From Candidatus Omnitrophota bacterium (lineage in GTDB: Bacteria; Omnitrophota; Gorgyraeia; Zapsychrales; Zapsychraceae), in assembly GCA_018062515.1 (NCBI GenBank), contig JAGOSC010000005.1, forward strand, positions 880 through 64,879: a DNA stretch of 64,000 nucleotides, given 5' to 3'. This document shows, piece by piece, positions 17,983 to 28,000 of this stretch. Each line of letters opens with the position of its first letter. Within the stretch, counting starts at the first letter, position 1. The notes below the pieces were generated by a model that saw only the letters and a list, made by a program, of their open reading frames with translations, did no database searches and had not been told where the DNA came from. A program made the translations under genes and the position numbers.

Positions 17983-19344
17983 ATGGAAATCCTTAAACTT
18001 ATTTACAGCCTATCTTTACCCTGGTGGATGGGATATCAAATTTTATTCTTGATAGGTGGAAGAAATAAATTAGATTGGACCGTTTCCTCAGCTATTGCTT
18101 TCGGGATTGGATTCGGCATTTTGAGCCAAATCATGCTCATATTAGGTATTTTGAATGTTGAATTTTCCGTTTTTAATATTAGCGCTGTGCTTATTTTTCT
18201 AGGAGGAGGGAGCTGGCTGATTAAAAAAATAAGAACGTCCGGTAAAGAGGTTATGCCCATTATCCTTCCACATAAATTATTCACCGGCTATGATATTTTA
18301 AGTCCGTCCATGATCATTCTGATCAAGGCGATTATCGTTTACTATATTGTATACGTATTTTGGAATGCTATCAGTTTTCCTGTATACGAATGGGATTCCG
18401 TTTCGACCGCTATTTATAATGCCAAAGTTATATACTTTGACCGGTCATTAAAATCATTTGAATTTTTAGCTCATCGGGCTTACCCATTGCATATTCCATT
18501 TCTGACGGTATGGATTTCCACTAATTTAGGATTCTGGACAGAACAAACCTTTAAGATTATTTTTCCATTAACCCTGTGCATGTTTACCGGAGTGTTTTAT
18601 CAATATTTAGCGTCTCAAACCAATAAAAACTGGTCGCTGTTGGGTGTTTTTATGCTTTTTTCATCGAACTTGCTTATCTTTCACGCCAGTGCGACTTACC
18701 GTGATTTATCACTCATGTTTTATAACTGTTCCGCGATTATTTTTTTGCTCATCTGGAAAGATCAAAAACAAGACACATTTCTCATTTTGGCTGCGCTATT
18801 TTCCGGATTTGGTACTTTCATCAAGCAGGAAGGCACTGCCTATCTTTTAGTACATATTCTGGTTATGTTGACGATATTGATAAAATATAAGACCGAAAAT
18901 AATAAAGCGAAGGCGGTAAAGGCGGCAATTTTTTTAATTTTGACTTTAGGAATTTACTCGCTGTTTTTCGGCTATAAAATCCTGAATGGTTATAATACGA
19001 CGGAGTATTTGAGCTTTAATTTTTATTCTGCCTTTCAGCAGATTCCATTGATCCTTGTAGCATTTATCAAAGCCCTTTTTTTCACGGCTAATTGGAACAT
19101 ATTGTGGGCGCTTCTCTTTGTAAGCGCTGCCTTTAATATTAGAAAAATTAAAAACGATTCAAATATTCAGGTATTACTGATCACGATCACTTTATTCTTT
19201 GCTTTACTCATGTCTTTGAGTTTGGTAGTTGAAAAGGGACTCATTATTAATGTCTATAATATCTCAAGAATTTTACTTCATTTTTTCCCACTGTGCCCTT
19301 TAGCAATCATTCTTTTGATTAGTCGCTCCGATGAACAGCCTTGA
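17983..19344 (+). CDS. hypothetical polytopic membrane protein (possible GT-C/polymerase-like)
   Basis: 453 aa with more than ten hydrophobic segments. No family-specific motif recognised. Confidence 0.5.
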   Translation: MEILKLIYSLSLPWWMGYQILFLIGGRNKLDWTVSSAIAFGIGFGILSQIMLILGILNVEFSVFNISAVLIFLGGGSWLIKKIRTSGKEVMPIILPHKLFTGYDILSPSMIILIKAIIVYYIVYVFWNAISFPVYEWDSVSTAIYNAKVIYFDRSLKSFEFLAHRAYPLHIPFLTVWISTNLGFWTEQTFKIIFPLTLCMFTGVFYQYLASQTNKNWSLLGVFMLFSSNLLIFHASATYRDLSLMFYNCSAIIFLLIWKDQKQDTFLILAALFSGFGTFIKQEGTAYLLVHILVMLTILIKYKTENNKAKAVKAAIFLILTLGIYSLFFGYKILNGYNTTEYLSFNFYSAFQQIPLILVAFIKALFFTANWNILWALLFVSAAFNIRKIKNDSNIQVLLITITLFFALLMSLSLVVEKGLIINVYNISRILLHFFPLCPLAIILLISRSDEQP

Positions 19345-19492
19345 TAAAATCTTTATTTATCCGCGCCCAGATAAAGATGATTTATCTTTTAAAAAATCGT
19401 TCTTATCTTTTTAGGATAATCTGCTAAGATAGTTCGTTGTATTTTAGAATAATCGCCACACATAGCATTAACCATAGAGAAAGAGGTCATAT

Positions 19493-19867
19493 ATGCAAAA
19501 CCCGCTGGTAGTTACCTTTCATGATCTTCCGCATTATCCCCAAATTGAAAAACTTATATCCGAAAAATTTGCTAAACTTCAAACTATCAACTCCGACGTG
19601 ACTAAATGCCATGTCATCCTCGAAAAATTGAGCAAACATCATCAAAAAGCCAACTCATCGTGCGTGCGCCTCGACCTGAAAGTGCCGCATTTAGATGATA
19701 TTGTTATTACCGAGAAATGCAGCGATGACGAAGCGGATCTTGCTTCAAATGTCATCAAAGTTTTTAAACTCGGACAATTGTCAATGCGCGAAGGAATTAA
19801 ACGTAAGCAAGATCGTCAGCGCGTCCCACGGCCAAATCTGGTAGAATCTGTCGAGGAACCTGAATAA
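19493..19867 (+). CDS. ribosome hibernation factor HPF/RaiA (sigma-54 modulation protein) family, tentative
   Basis: Length and pattern resemble HPF: ...ISEKFAKL...CHVILEK...VRLDLKVPHLDDIVITEKCSDD..., where HPF has ...TAKFAKL...VYVVLKVEK... SD GAGAAAGAGG. Confidence 0.5.
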   Translation: MQNPLVVTFHDLPHYPQIEKLISEKFAKLQTINSDVTKCHVILEKLSKHHQKANSSCVRLDLKVPHLDDIVITEKCSDDEADLASNVIKVFKLGQLSMREGIKRKQDRQRVPRPNLVESVEEPE

Positions 19868-19883
19868 AATTACAGATACGAAC

Positions 19884-20201
19884 ATGCGTACAGATTTATC
19901 CCGGGAAGAAATCCTTAAATTCCGTCAAGACCGAACGAATTATATTTACGGCGGAACGGTGTACGCGTGCAAATCGGATCCATACGTCATTCTCCCTAAA
20001 AAAATAAAGTGGATGGGATGGACCATCAACATGGGGCATCATGACGCCCTTGCAACGTTGATGCTTATTATTTTATGGACGACGATCCCGGTTCTTTTGG
20101 TGATTTTCTTGTTTCAAAATGTACTCGCTATTTTTATCGCCGTTGTTATCGATACAATTTTATTATGTGCGTGGTGTGCCAAGAAGGCCAAGCTCACGTA
20201 A
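19884..20201 (+). CDS. hypothetical membrane protein
   Basis: ORF with two C-terminal hydrophobic helices. Confidence 0.35.
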   Translation: MRTDLSREEILKFRQDRTNYIYGGTVYACKSDPYVILPKKIKWMGWTINMGHHDALATLMLIILWTTIPVLLVIFLFQNVLAIFIAVVIDTILLCAWCAKKAKLT

Positions 20202-20207
20202 ATTTTT

Positions 20208-20444
20208 TTGAATGGAAAAACAGACTTTCTTATGGACAACTCATTATTAGAAAAAAAGATTATTGAACTGGAAAAACAAACGGCATTTTTAGACCAATCC
20301 GTCGATGAGCTTACCGAAGTAGTCAATAGTCAGAAGAAATTAATTGATTCCTTAGAAAAGAAGATTGAACAGCTCAGCATGCAGATGAGTGACGAACGTT
20401 TGGTTCGTCCGCTGGATGAAGAAGATAAACCACCGCATTATTGA
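20208..20444 (+). CDS. slyX: SlyX family coiled-coil protein
   Basis: 78 aa, an all-heptad coiled coil (LEKKIIELEKQTAFLDQSVDELTEVVNSQKKLIDSLEKKIEQL) ending in EEDKPPHY. This matches SlyX size and its PPPHY-type terminus. Confidence 0.7.
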   Translation: MNGKTDFLMDNSLLEKKIIELEKQTAFLDQSVDELTEVVNSQKKLIDSLEKKIEQLSMQMSDERLVRPLDEEDKPPHY

Positions 20445-20453
20445 GAAATTTAT

Positions 20454-21782
20454 ATGACCGTGGATTTCCAAAAAATTAAAAAGTATTTAACAGACGATAT
20501 CTGGCGCATCCGTAAAAGTCAATTGAGTGGACGGCATTCGATGTGGATCAATCAATTACGGATCATGATGTTGGCTGTCCGCCGATTTGACGAGAACGAT
20601 TGCCAGCTGCGCGCCTCGGCCTTGACATTTTATTCTTTGTTATCCATTGTTCCCGTCGTGGCCATGGCCTTTGGCATCGCGAAAGGTTTTGGATTTGAAA
20701 AACTTTTGGAAACACAGCTGTATGAAAAGTTGAGAGGACAAGAAGAAGCTGTTCGTCAAATTCTGGCCTTTTCAAATTCACTTTTACAGAATACACAAGG
20801 AGGAGTCATTGCCGGAGTGGGCGTCGCCATCCTTTTCTATACAGTCATTAAAGTGTTGGGGAATATTGAAAATTCTTTCAACATTATTTGGGGTGTTAAA
20901 AAAGCCCGCTCATTCAGCCGTAAATTCAGCGACTATATGTCGATTATGATGATTTGTCCGATTCTGTTGATCATGTCGAGCAGTTTAACGGTGTTCATGA
21001 CGAGTCAAGTCACCCTCATCGTGGCAAAACTATCTTTTTTAGGGCCCGTCGGGGAAATCCTTTTATTATGTCTTAAAATTTTACCCTTTTGTGTGATGTG
21101 GGCTGTTTTTACTTTTATCTATATATTTTTGCCCAATACAAAAGTTAATTTTAAAGCTGGCCTGGTCGGAGGAATTATTGGAGGAACATTCTACCAACTC
21201 GGGCAATGGATTTACATTAAATTTCAAGTGGGTGTAGCCAGTTATGGCGCGATTTACGGAAGTTTTGCGGCTCTGCCGCTTTTTTTAATTTGGTTACAAA
21301 CCAGTTGGCTCATCGTTTTATTCGGGGCTGAACTTTCTTTTGCGGAACAAAATGTGGATACATATGAATTTGAACCCGACAGCTTAAAAGCCAGCCGGAA
21401 GTTCAAACAAATTGTCGCATTAGGCATAGCTCAAGTATCCATCAAAAGATTTTATCAAGCTGAAGTTCCTTTAACAGCCAATCAAATCGCCCAATCCCTT
21501 GAACTGCCCATACGCTTAGCGAATCAAGTTATTTTTGAAATGACTGAAGCGGGAATTCTCGCCGAGGTAAAATTCAATGAAGGAAAAATTGTCGCCTATC
21601 AGCCCGCCCGGGATATACATCAATTGACTATCCATCAAGTTTTACGTTTGATGGAAGAGAATGGACTATCCAATATTCCCTATGCGGAAACAGCGGAGAT
21701 TAAAAAGATCAAAGAATCCTTGGAATCTTTGTCGAGAAAAATCCAAAGCGCCCCGGAAAATCAGCTCCTCAAAGATATTTAG
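20454..21782 (+). CDS. yihY: YihY/BrkB (virulence factor BrkB) family inner-membrane protein with C-terminal soluble extension
   Basis: LRASALTFYSLLSIVPVVAMAFGIAKGFG is the YihY core, followed by six TM segments and a ~130-aa hydrophilic tail. Confidence 0.7.
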   Translation: MTVDFQKIKKYLTDDIWRIRKSQLSGRHSMWINQLRIMMLAVRRFDENDCQLRASALTFYSLLSIVPVVAMAFGIAKGFGFEKLLETQLYEKLRGQEEAVRQILAFSNSLLQNTQGGVIAGVGVAILFYTVIKVLGNIENSFNIIWGVKKARSFSRKFSDYMSIMMICPILLIMSSSLTVFMTSQVTLIVAKLSFLGPVGEILLLCLKILPFCVMWAVFTFIYIFLPNTKVNFKAGLVGGIIGGTFYQLGQWIYIKFQVGVASYGAIYGSFAALPLFLIWLQTSWLIVLFGAELSFAEQNVDTYEFEPDSLKASRKFKQIVALGIAQVSIKRFYQAEVPLTANQIAQSLELPIRLANQVIFEMTEAGILAEVKFNEGKIVAYQPARDIHQLTIHQVLRLMEENGLSNIPYAETAEIKKIKESLESLSRKIQSAPENQLLKDI

Positions 21783-21822
21783 TTAATTAGTATATCAGTA
21801 TAGATAATTGTTAAAAATATTT

Positions 21823-21851
21823 TTGACAATGGATCGACTTTAATGTATACT
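21823..21851 (+). promoter_or_regulatory. near-consensus sigma70-type promoter (TTGACA-17 bp-TATACT) upstream of giant operon
   Basis: TTGACA at 21823-21828 and TATACT at 21846-21851 with a 17-bp spacer. It sits in an AT-rich 236-bp intergenic region ~170 bp before the gene A start. Confidence 0.45.
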
Positions 21852-22018
21852 CGTTTCAATTCAATAAGTAGTTCCAAATTCCCCAATCTTTAGAAGTTAA
21901 ATTTCACCCAACTTTAGTTAATTTTATTTTTTGCAGCGCGTCTTTTTTTTGATGCCCTTTATATTTTTTTGTCAAATTTAGATAAAAATTTGTTTAAACT
22001 ATTGAGAGGAAATGAGTT

Positions 22019-25000
22019 ATGATGATTTTTAAAAGAAATAAAAGAAATTTAACCCGAAAAATAACTTCCACCTTTGTCTTATTTTCATTTATTTTCTCAT
22101 CAATACTACCTCCTCAAGTCTCGGCGCAGAGCGTATTCCATTTACCTATACCTGGGACCCTGTTTAATGTTACAAATACCTTTAATCCTTTTATCATTCA
22201 AGGGCTTACTGTAGATCCGCAAAATCCTCTTCATTTCAGTTTTATTATTGACACCGGCGACACGCAAACAAACGATCCAGACGCTTTCCGCTTAGAATCT
22301 ACAAAACTAGTCAAATATTTCTTAGCATCCTTAACCGTTCCCGAAGATCAAATGTGGGTTAACCTTTCTCCGTATGAAGGCAACCGCATTATTTCGGACA
22401 CATTTGGTCAAACCGAAATGGGCCGTGACTTATTAGCTCAAGATTATATTCTCAAACAAATGTCGGCTTCTTTAACGTATTCAGAAGAAGAATTGGGTGA
22501 AAAATTTTGGCACAGGGTCCACCAACGCGCAAAAAAAGAATACGGCGTTAAAGATATTCCTTTAAATACTTTTAATAAAGTATGGATCATTCCTCAGAAG
22601 GCAACCGTTTATGAACATGACGGCAGCGCGTATGTCGTCAATAGCCGGTTAAAAGTAATGATGGAAGAAGATTACTTAGCCTTAAACAAAAATATCGGTG
22701 AGCAAGCTTTTGGTATGAATAATGTCAAGCAAGATGAGGCGGAATCCACGAGTAAAGTTACTTCCGCCATCATTAAAGAAATTATTATCCCGGAACTCGA
22801 GAAAGAAGTGAATGAAGGCAGCCATTTTGCCAATTTGCGTCAAATTTATCAGTCGATGATTTTAGCGACCTGGTACAAAGTGAATTTAAAAGAATCACTT
22901 TTAGGAAAAGTTTATATTGATCAAAATAAAGTCCAAGGAATTGATTTAAACGACAAAAACGCGAATCAGAAAATTTATGAACAATATTTAGCCGCCTTTA
23001 AAAAAGGTGTTTACAACTATATTAAGGAAGACTACGATTCAGCCACTCATAAGTCAACACCTCGTCAATATTTCGCCGGCGGATTTGTTCCAAAAACCGA
23101 AGATAATGCGACTTTAGCAGAATTGATCACACGAGAGAAGACCACTCGTTTAGCCGCTACGGATCAGGCAGCTTTAACTCCGAAAGGAAACCAGATTCGA
23201 GCTGATTTCGCTTTATTAGAAGACTTAACCGATGAAGATGCTCCAAAGGTACAAAAACCGATTGAAAAAATTGAAGACGCGCAGATAGCTGTGGACCCTA
23301 ATTGGGTTGAGGACTATTTGGAAAATCTTTTCCCTGAAAACAGCTTTCCTAAACCAGTCAAACAAGAACCAGTCATTATCAGCAAAGAAAGAAAAGAATT
23401 AGAAGACGAATTAATCGCCAATCGTTCTCAATTCTCGGGCTCTAGAATAAATCGGAATATTAAGGAAAAAACAGGGCTTGACGTTCCCGAGGACACTGTC
23501 GATTATTTCGTCGAGCATAGTGGAACCCTCCCTGGATTAAATCACCGTGCTGACCGTTCCCAGGTTATAGGGCAACTTATCCGCAATCATCGTCCTTATG
23601 AAATCTCTAAATTATTTGCCTTATCAGAATCCAAAAATTTTGAAAGAAAATATTATCCTGCCTGGATCCAAGCTTTATCAAAAATATTTACTTTTTTGAA
23701 AGATAAAAATTCAACCATTAATACAGAATTAACCGTTCAAGTCAATTTAGACGGAATTCTTTTAATTAAAGACGGCTCGGGAGAAGAACTCAAGGCGTTT
23801 CAGAAATTGGATCAATTGCACACGGAAAAAGCTTCCGTCGGTGCACTGGCCCTTCAAATTGTCAAATTATTAACCCATGATTACGACGGTTTGGAACTCA
23901 CCAACACTAAAGAATTGTCAGATGATTTAGTATCCATCTTTAATATTTTCGGAATCAAGCCGACGGTGATTAATGATGCGTGGATGCAAACTGTCCTGGG
24001 ATACGGAGATTCTTCATTAAATCTTCAAGCTCTAAAAGAAGGCGTTGAAGTAACTGAAGCTGATGTCGACACTTATCTTTTCCGTCTGGACACAGAAAAA
24101 AGTTTAGCTCGTCAAGCCGGAGAGACTGTATATCTTTCTACGCGCTCAGAAGCCGTCGCTGAAATGATTAAAGAAAATAAATATGATTCTGCTCTTTTAG
24201 CCTCCATCGATGAAAAGGCTTTAACACCGGAAATTCTTACTGCTTTTGGCGGAAATGTAACGGCCGCACAAACGGTCGTGGCCGAGCGTCTTGAGGCTAT
24301 GCGCGTCGCTGATCCGAATGCCACCGTCGAGCAAGCTGTCGCCCGTTTAGCTTGGGAATATAAGCCGCGCGATATTCAAAACGTTTTTCCTGGAGACAAC
24401 TGGAAATTTATGTTTTTGGCCGCCAAAGCCGGCATGAAAGCTCCGATTCTTTTATTAGACTTGGAAGACGCAGTTGCGACAACTCGTAAAGAAATTGCCC
24501 GCGGTGTTATCGTACAATTGATCCGGGCTTTTAAAGGTGAAGGATTAACACAAGATGAATTTGATTTCTTGCAGAAGAACGCGCTTCAGGCTGATGATGA
24601 AAAATATCCGATGACTAGTTTCTTTACACAAAGTCTTGTCGACGGAAAAACTGTTTATACGTTAAATCCTGAAAATCAATTCCATAAAGATCAAATGGTT
24701 CTTTTCCGCCCGAATAATTTAAGAACAAAGTGGTCGGCAGGGGATTATTCTCAAGTTTTTCGTAAAGTCGGTCATTTGGTAGACGGTATTTATATGCCTA
24801 AAGTAGAAGGCCCAGAAGATATCAAAATCGGCGCGTCTATTTTACGCGCCATTCAGAAAGAACAAAACTGGGTCGTTGGTCGTCACAAAATTTTTGTTTT
24901 AACCGAACTTCCCGGCGCTGTTTTGACCGCTGAAAATATTTTAAAAATAGCTCCTGAAGTTGAAGAAGTTCAATTAGGAGTCGTCGATTACACCGCAGCG

Positions 25001-28000
25001 ACGGGTGGAAAAAATCAAGTTCAAATCGAACAATTTCCATTTATGCGTTATGCCTTATTACGCTTGGTTGAAGCCGCTAATAATATAGGGAAATCCGCCG
25101 GTTTAGGTATTACCGTTCAATTTACTCCAGAAGCAACAGCCGAGGATACAGTCAAGGCTATTAATATTGGCCTTCATCGCAAATGGAGCGTTCATCCAGC
25201 GCATTTGAAAGGCATGGAATCATTCATCGGAAAATTCCCAAAGATTGTCCGAAAAGATATTCAATATGATGAACTACAAGGATTTGATTTGGTACAGCTA
25301 GATCAATACGCTAGTGAAAGCCGTCCAATTTTAGCTCCTAAAGTTTTAACACCTAAAGATGTGGTTTTATCCAGAGCTGTGGTCACTGTTTCATCCGGAA
25401 ATATTGATGGGCTTAAAAAAGCTCTGGATTCAAATGCTGATACTATTATTTTGGATTTCGGGAAAAAAGAAAATTTGTCTGAAATTAAAAAAATATTAGT
25501 TCAGGCTAAAACAACAAAGAGTATTCTTGTTGTCGATGAGCTTGATTCCCTACAATCAATTAAACAAATTGTAACTGAGTTAAATGGATATTTTCAAGGA
25601 TTTAACCTGAATAACATACAGAATGCATCAACAGTAAGAGATGTGGATGGATTGTTATCAGAAGCAGAAAGTGATTTGGGATTAAACGCAGGCAGCTTAA
25701 AAATTGCCGTCAGCTTTAATGACCCGCAAGTGGTCGAGGAGCAATCCCGCTATCTCGGCACCGATCCAGCTAAAGCTCTTTTGTATTCCAGTCAACGCCT
25801 CAGCTGGGCCATCTTGAATTTGCCTACCATGCCGACTGAAGATTTAGATGATCCGGAAACGAGAGGATACAATTATTATCATTCTTTATTTATTGCCATG
25901 ACCGCTCATGCCGAAGTCGATTCCATCGACGGTTATAGCGCGGATGAGAATTTAACAGAACAAGTTGCGACCTCAGCCATTTGGGGATTTCAAGGAAAAC
26001 TAGCTAACTTGAATCAAGTTGATGAAATTACTGAAGCCATGAGCCCGCAGCGAGCTGGAATTATGCCAGAATTTTCTACTCCAGAGGAACGTAAAGCTTG
26101 GTTAGCTACTGCCGAAGGAAAAATTTATGTAGCACGTTGGAAAAATTCATTAGAACGAGATTTGGAACTGATGGATCTGTATGCCGAAGCGGATCAAGAA
26201 CGGCAATTAGGTGCGGTAGGTTATAAGGATCCTTTAACCGGCGCTATTGAAATCGTCGACGCTGCTTCAGCTCGAATTCCATTCCGACAATTAGAAAAAG
26301 CTTTAAAGACAAATCAATTAACCGATACGGAAAAAGTTCGATATGCAAAATCACGAGAAAAATTACTTTTAGCCATGCGTCCAGGCGGACGAGAAGGCAG
26401 CGGTGAAAAAGTTTTTGCCGGGCAAAAAATTACAGCTCCGGCCATTGTGATGCGTCCTTGGATGGTTAATGCGTTTGCTAAAGATGGCGATCAAAACCGT
26501 TATCATTTAGATGAAGCTTATGCCAACGCCTCAAAATTTAAAGGATTAGTTGCTCATGGATTATTGACGGTAACTAAGGCTTTAAGTTCTTTAAAAGCTC
26601 AATTACCGGCTTATAAAATTGAAGAAGTCGACGACGCTAAATTCTTAGCTCCTGTACGCTTTAATGATACGATTACCCCGGTCATTGATGTTACGAGTGT
26701 CGACAATGAAAAAGCCAATGTAAAAATTAGTGTAATCAATCAAGACGGAAAAACAGTCAGTGAAATCAAAGTTTTATTAATAGAAAGCACTGATTCTCAA
26801 ATCATTCCAAAAATTAATAATGATTCTTTAAAATCAGCAGAAAAGGTGCCGGCTTCTATTCCGGCCGTCATTTACGATTTTACTGATCCACAAAGTCCTC
26901 GAGAACAAACGTTCAAGCAGGAAATCACATCCAGTTATTTAGAAAATGTTCAAGGATCTAATTTGATTACAAGCCGGGATTTATTAAGTCAATTAGCTGC
27001 CTTTAAAATGATGGCCGGTACTTCCGCCAATGCCGTCCCAGGCCACATATTATTGAATGCAACAAATGTAAAATTCGGAGCTGAAATTCATTTAGGTGAT
27101 GTATTGACCGCCAAAGCTACTGTTCCTGCAGCTGATCAAATTAAATTGACTAAAGACAATCTTCCTAAAGTTCCAGTCACGATTGAAATCACGAATCAAA
27201 ATGGAGAAATGGTTTTAAAAGGACAAGTATTAAAACTCATGGAACCGGGTAAAGATCGAGCGATGCTGGCCAAAAAACCATACCTTCTGCCAAGAGGAAA
27301 AATTGTTACATCGCCGGATGAACTTCCAACACATATGGAAGCATATGTAGTCCGACGCGGTGAGCATGGTGACCCAATTGATGCGTTTAAAAAATCCATT
27401 CAACCCGTTCCCGATGTGGGCGATTATGAAGTCCTTGTCCAAGTTATGGCTGGAGGATTAAATTTTAATGGAACATGGGCCCTTCAAGGTCTTCCCATTT
27501 CTCCATTTACTTATCCTTTGAATAAATTCCACGATGAACAACGCTTAGGTAGTGATGCTTCAGGCATTGTTGTGGCCGTTGGCAAACATGTCACACAATA
27601 TAAAATTGGTGATCAGGTTGTTATGGCTACCGGTGAAGATGACCGCGCTGAAAAAGATCCTGATCATGGCGATACCATGCAAAAACGAACGTTTGTTATC
27701 ACCGGGTATGAAACTCCGGATGGAACGTTCGGTCAATTTGTCGCTTTGGATGAACGTCAAGTACATCCGAAAGAGGCAAATATGACTTGGGAACAAGCCG
27801 CCAGTTATCATTTAGTCGCCGACACAGCTTGGCGAGATATGAAATACAAACTGGGTGTTAAAAAGGGAGATACTGTATTAATCTGGGGGGCATCAACAGG
27901 AGTAGGAGCTTTTAATGTCCAGATCGCTAAATATTTAGGAGCCAAGAATATTGTGGCGGTTGTTTCCAGTGCTTCAAGAGCGGAACAAGCCAGAAAATTC

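Noticed and set aside
21930-21955. Possible rho-independent terminator (GC-rich segment followed by T8) upstream of the giant operon
   Set aside because: The GC segment (GCAGCGCGTC) does not form a convincing stem. It is more likely just part of the AT-rich promoter region.
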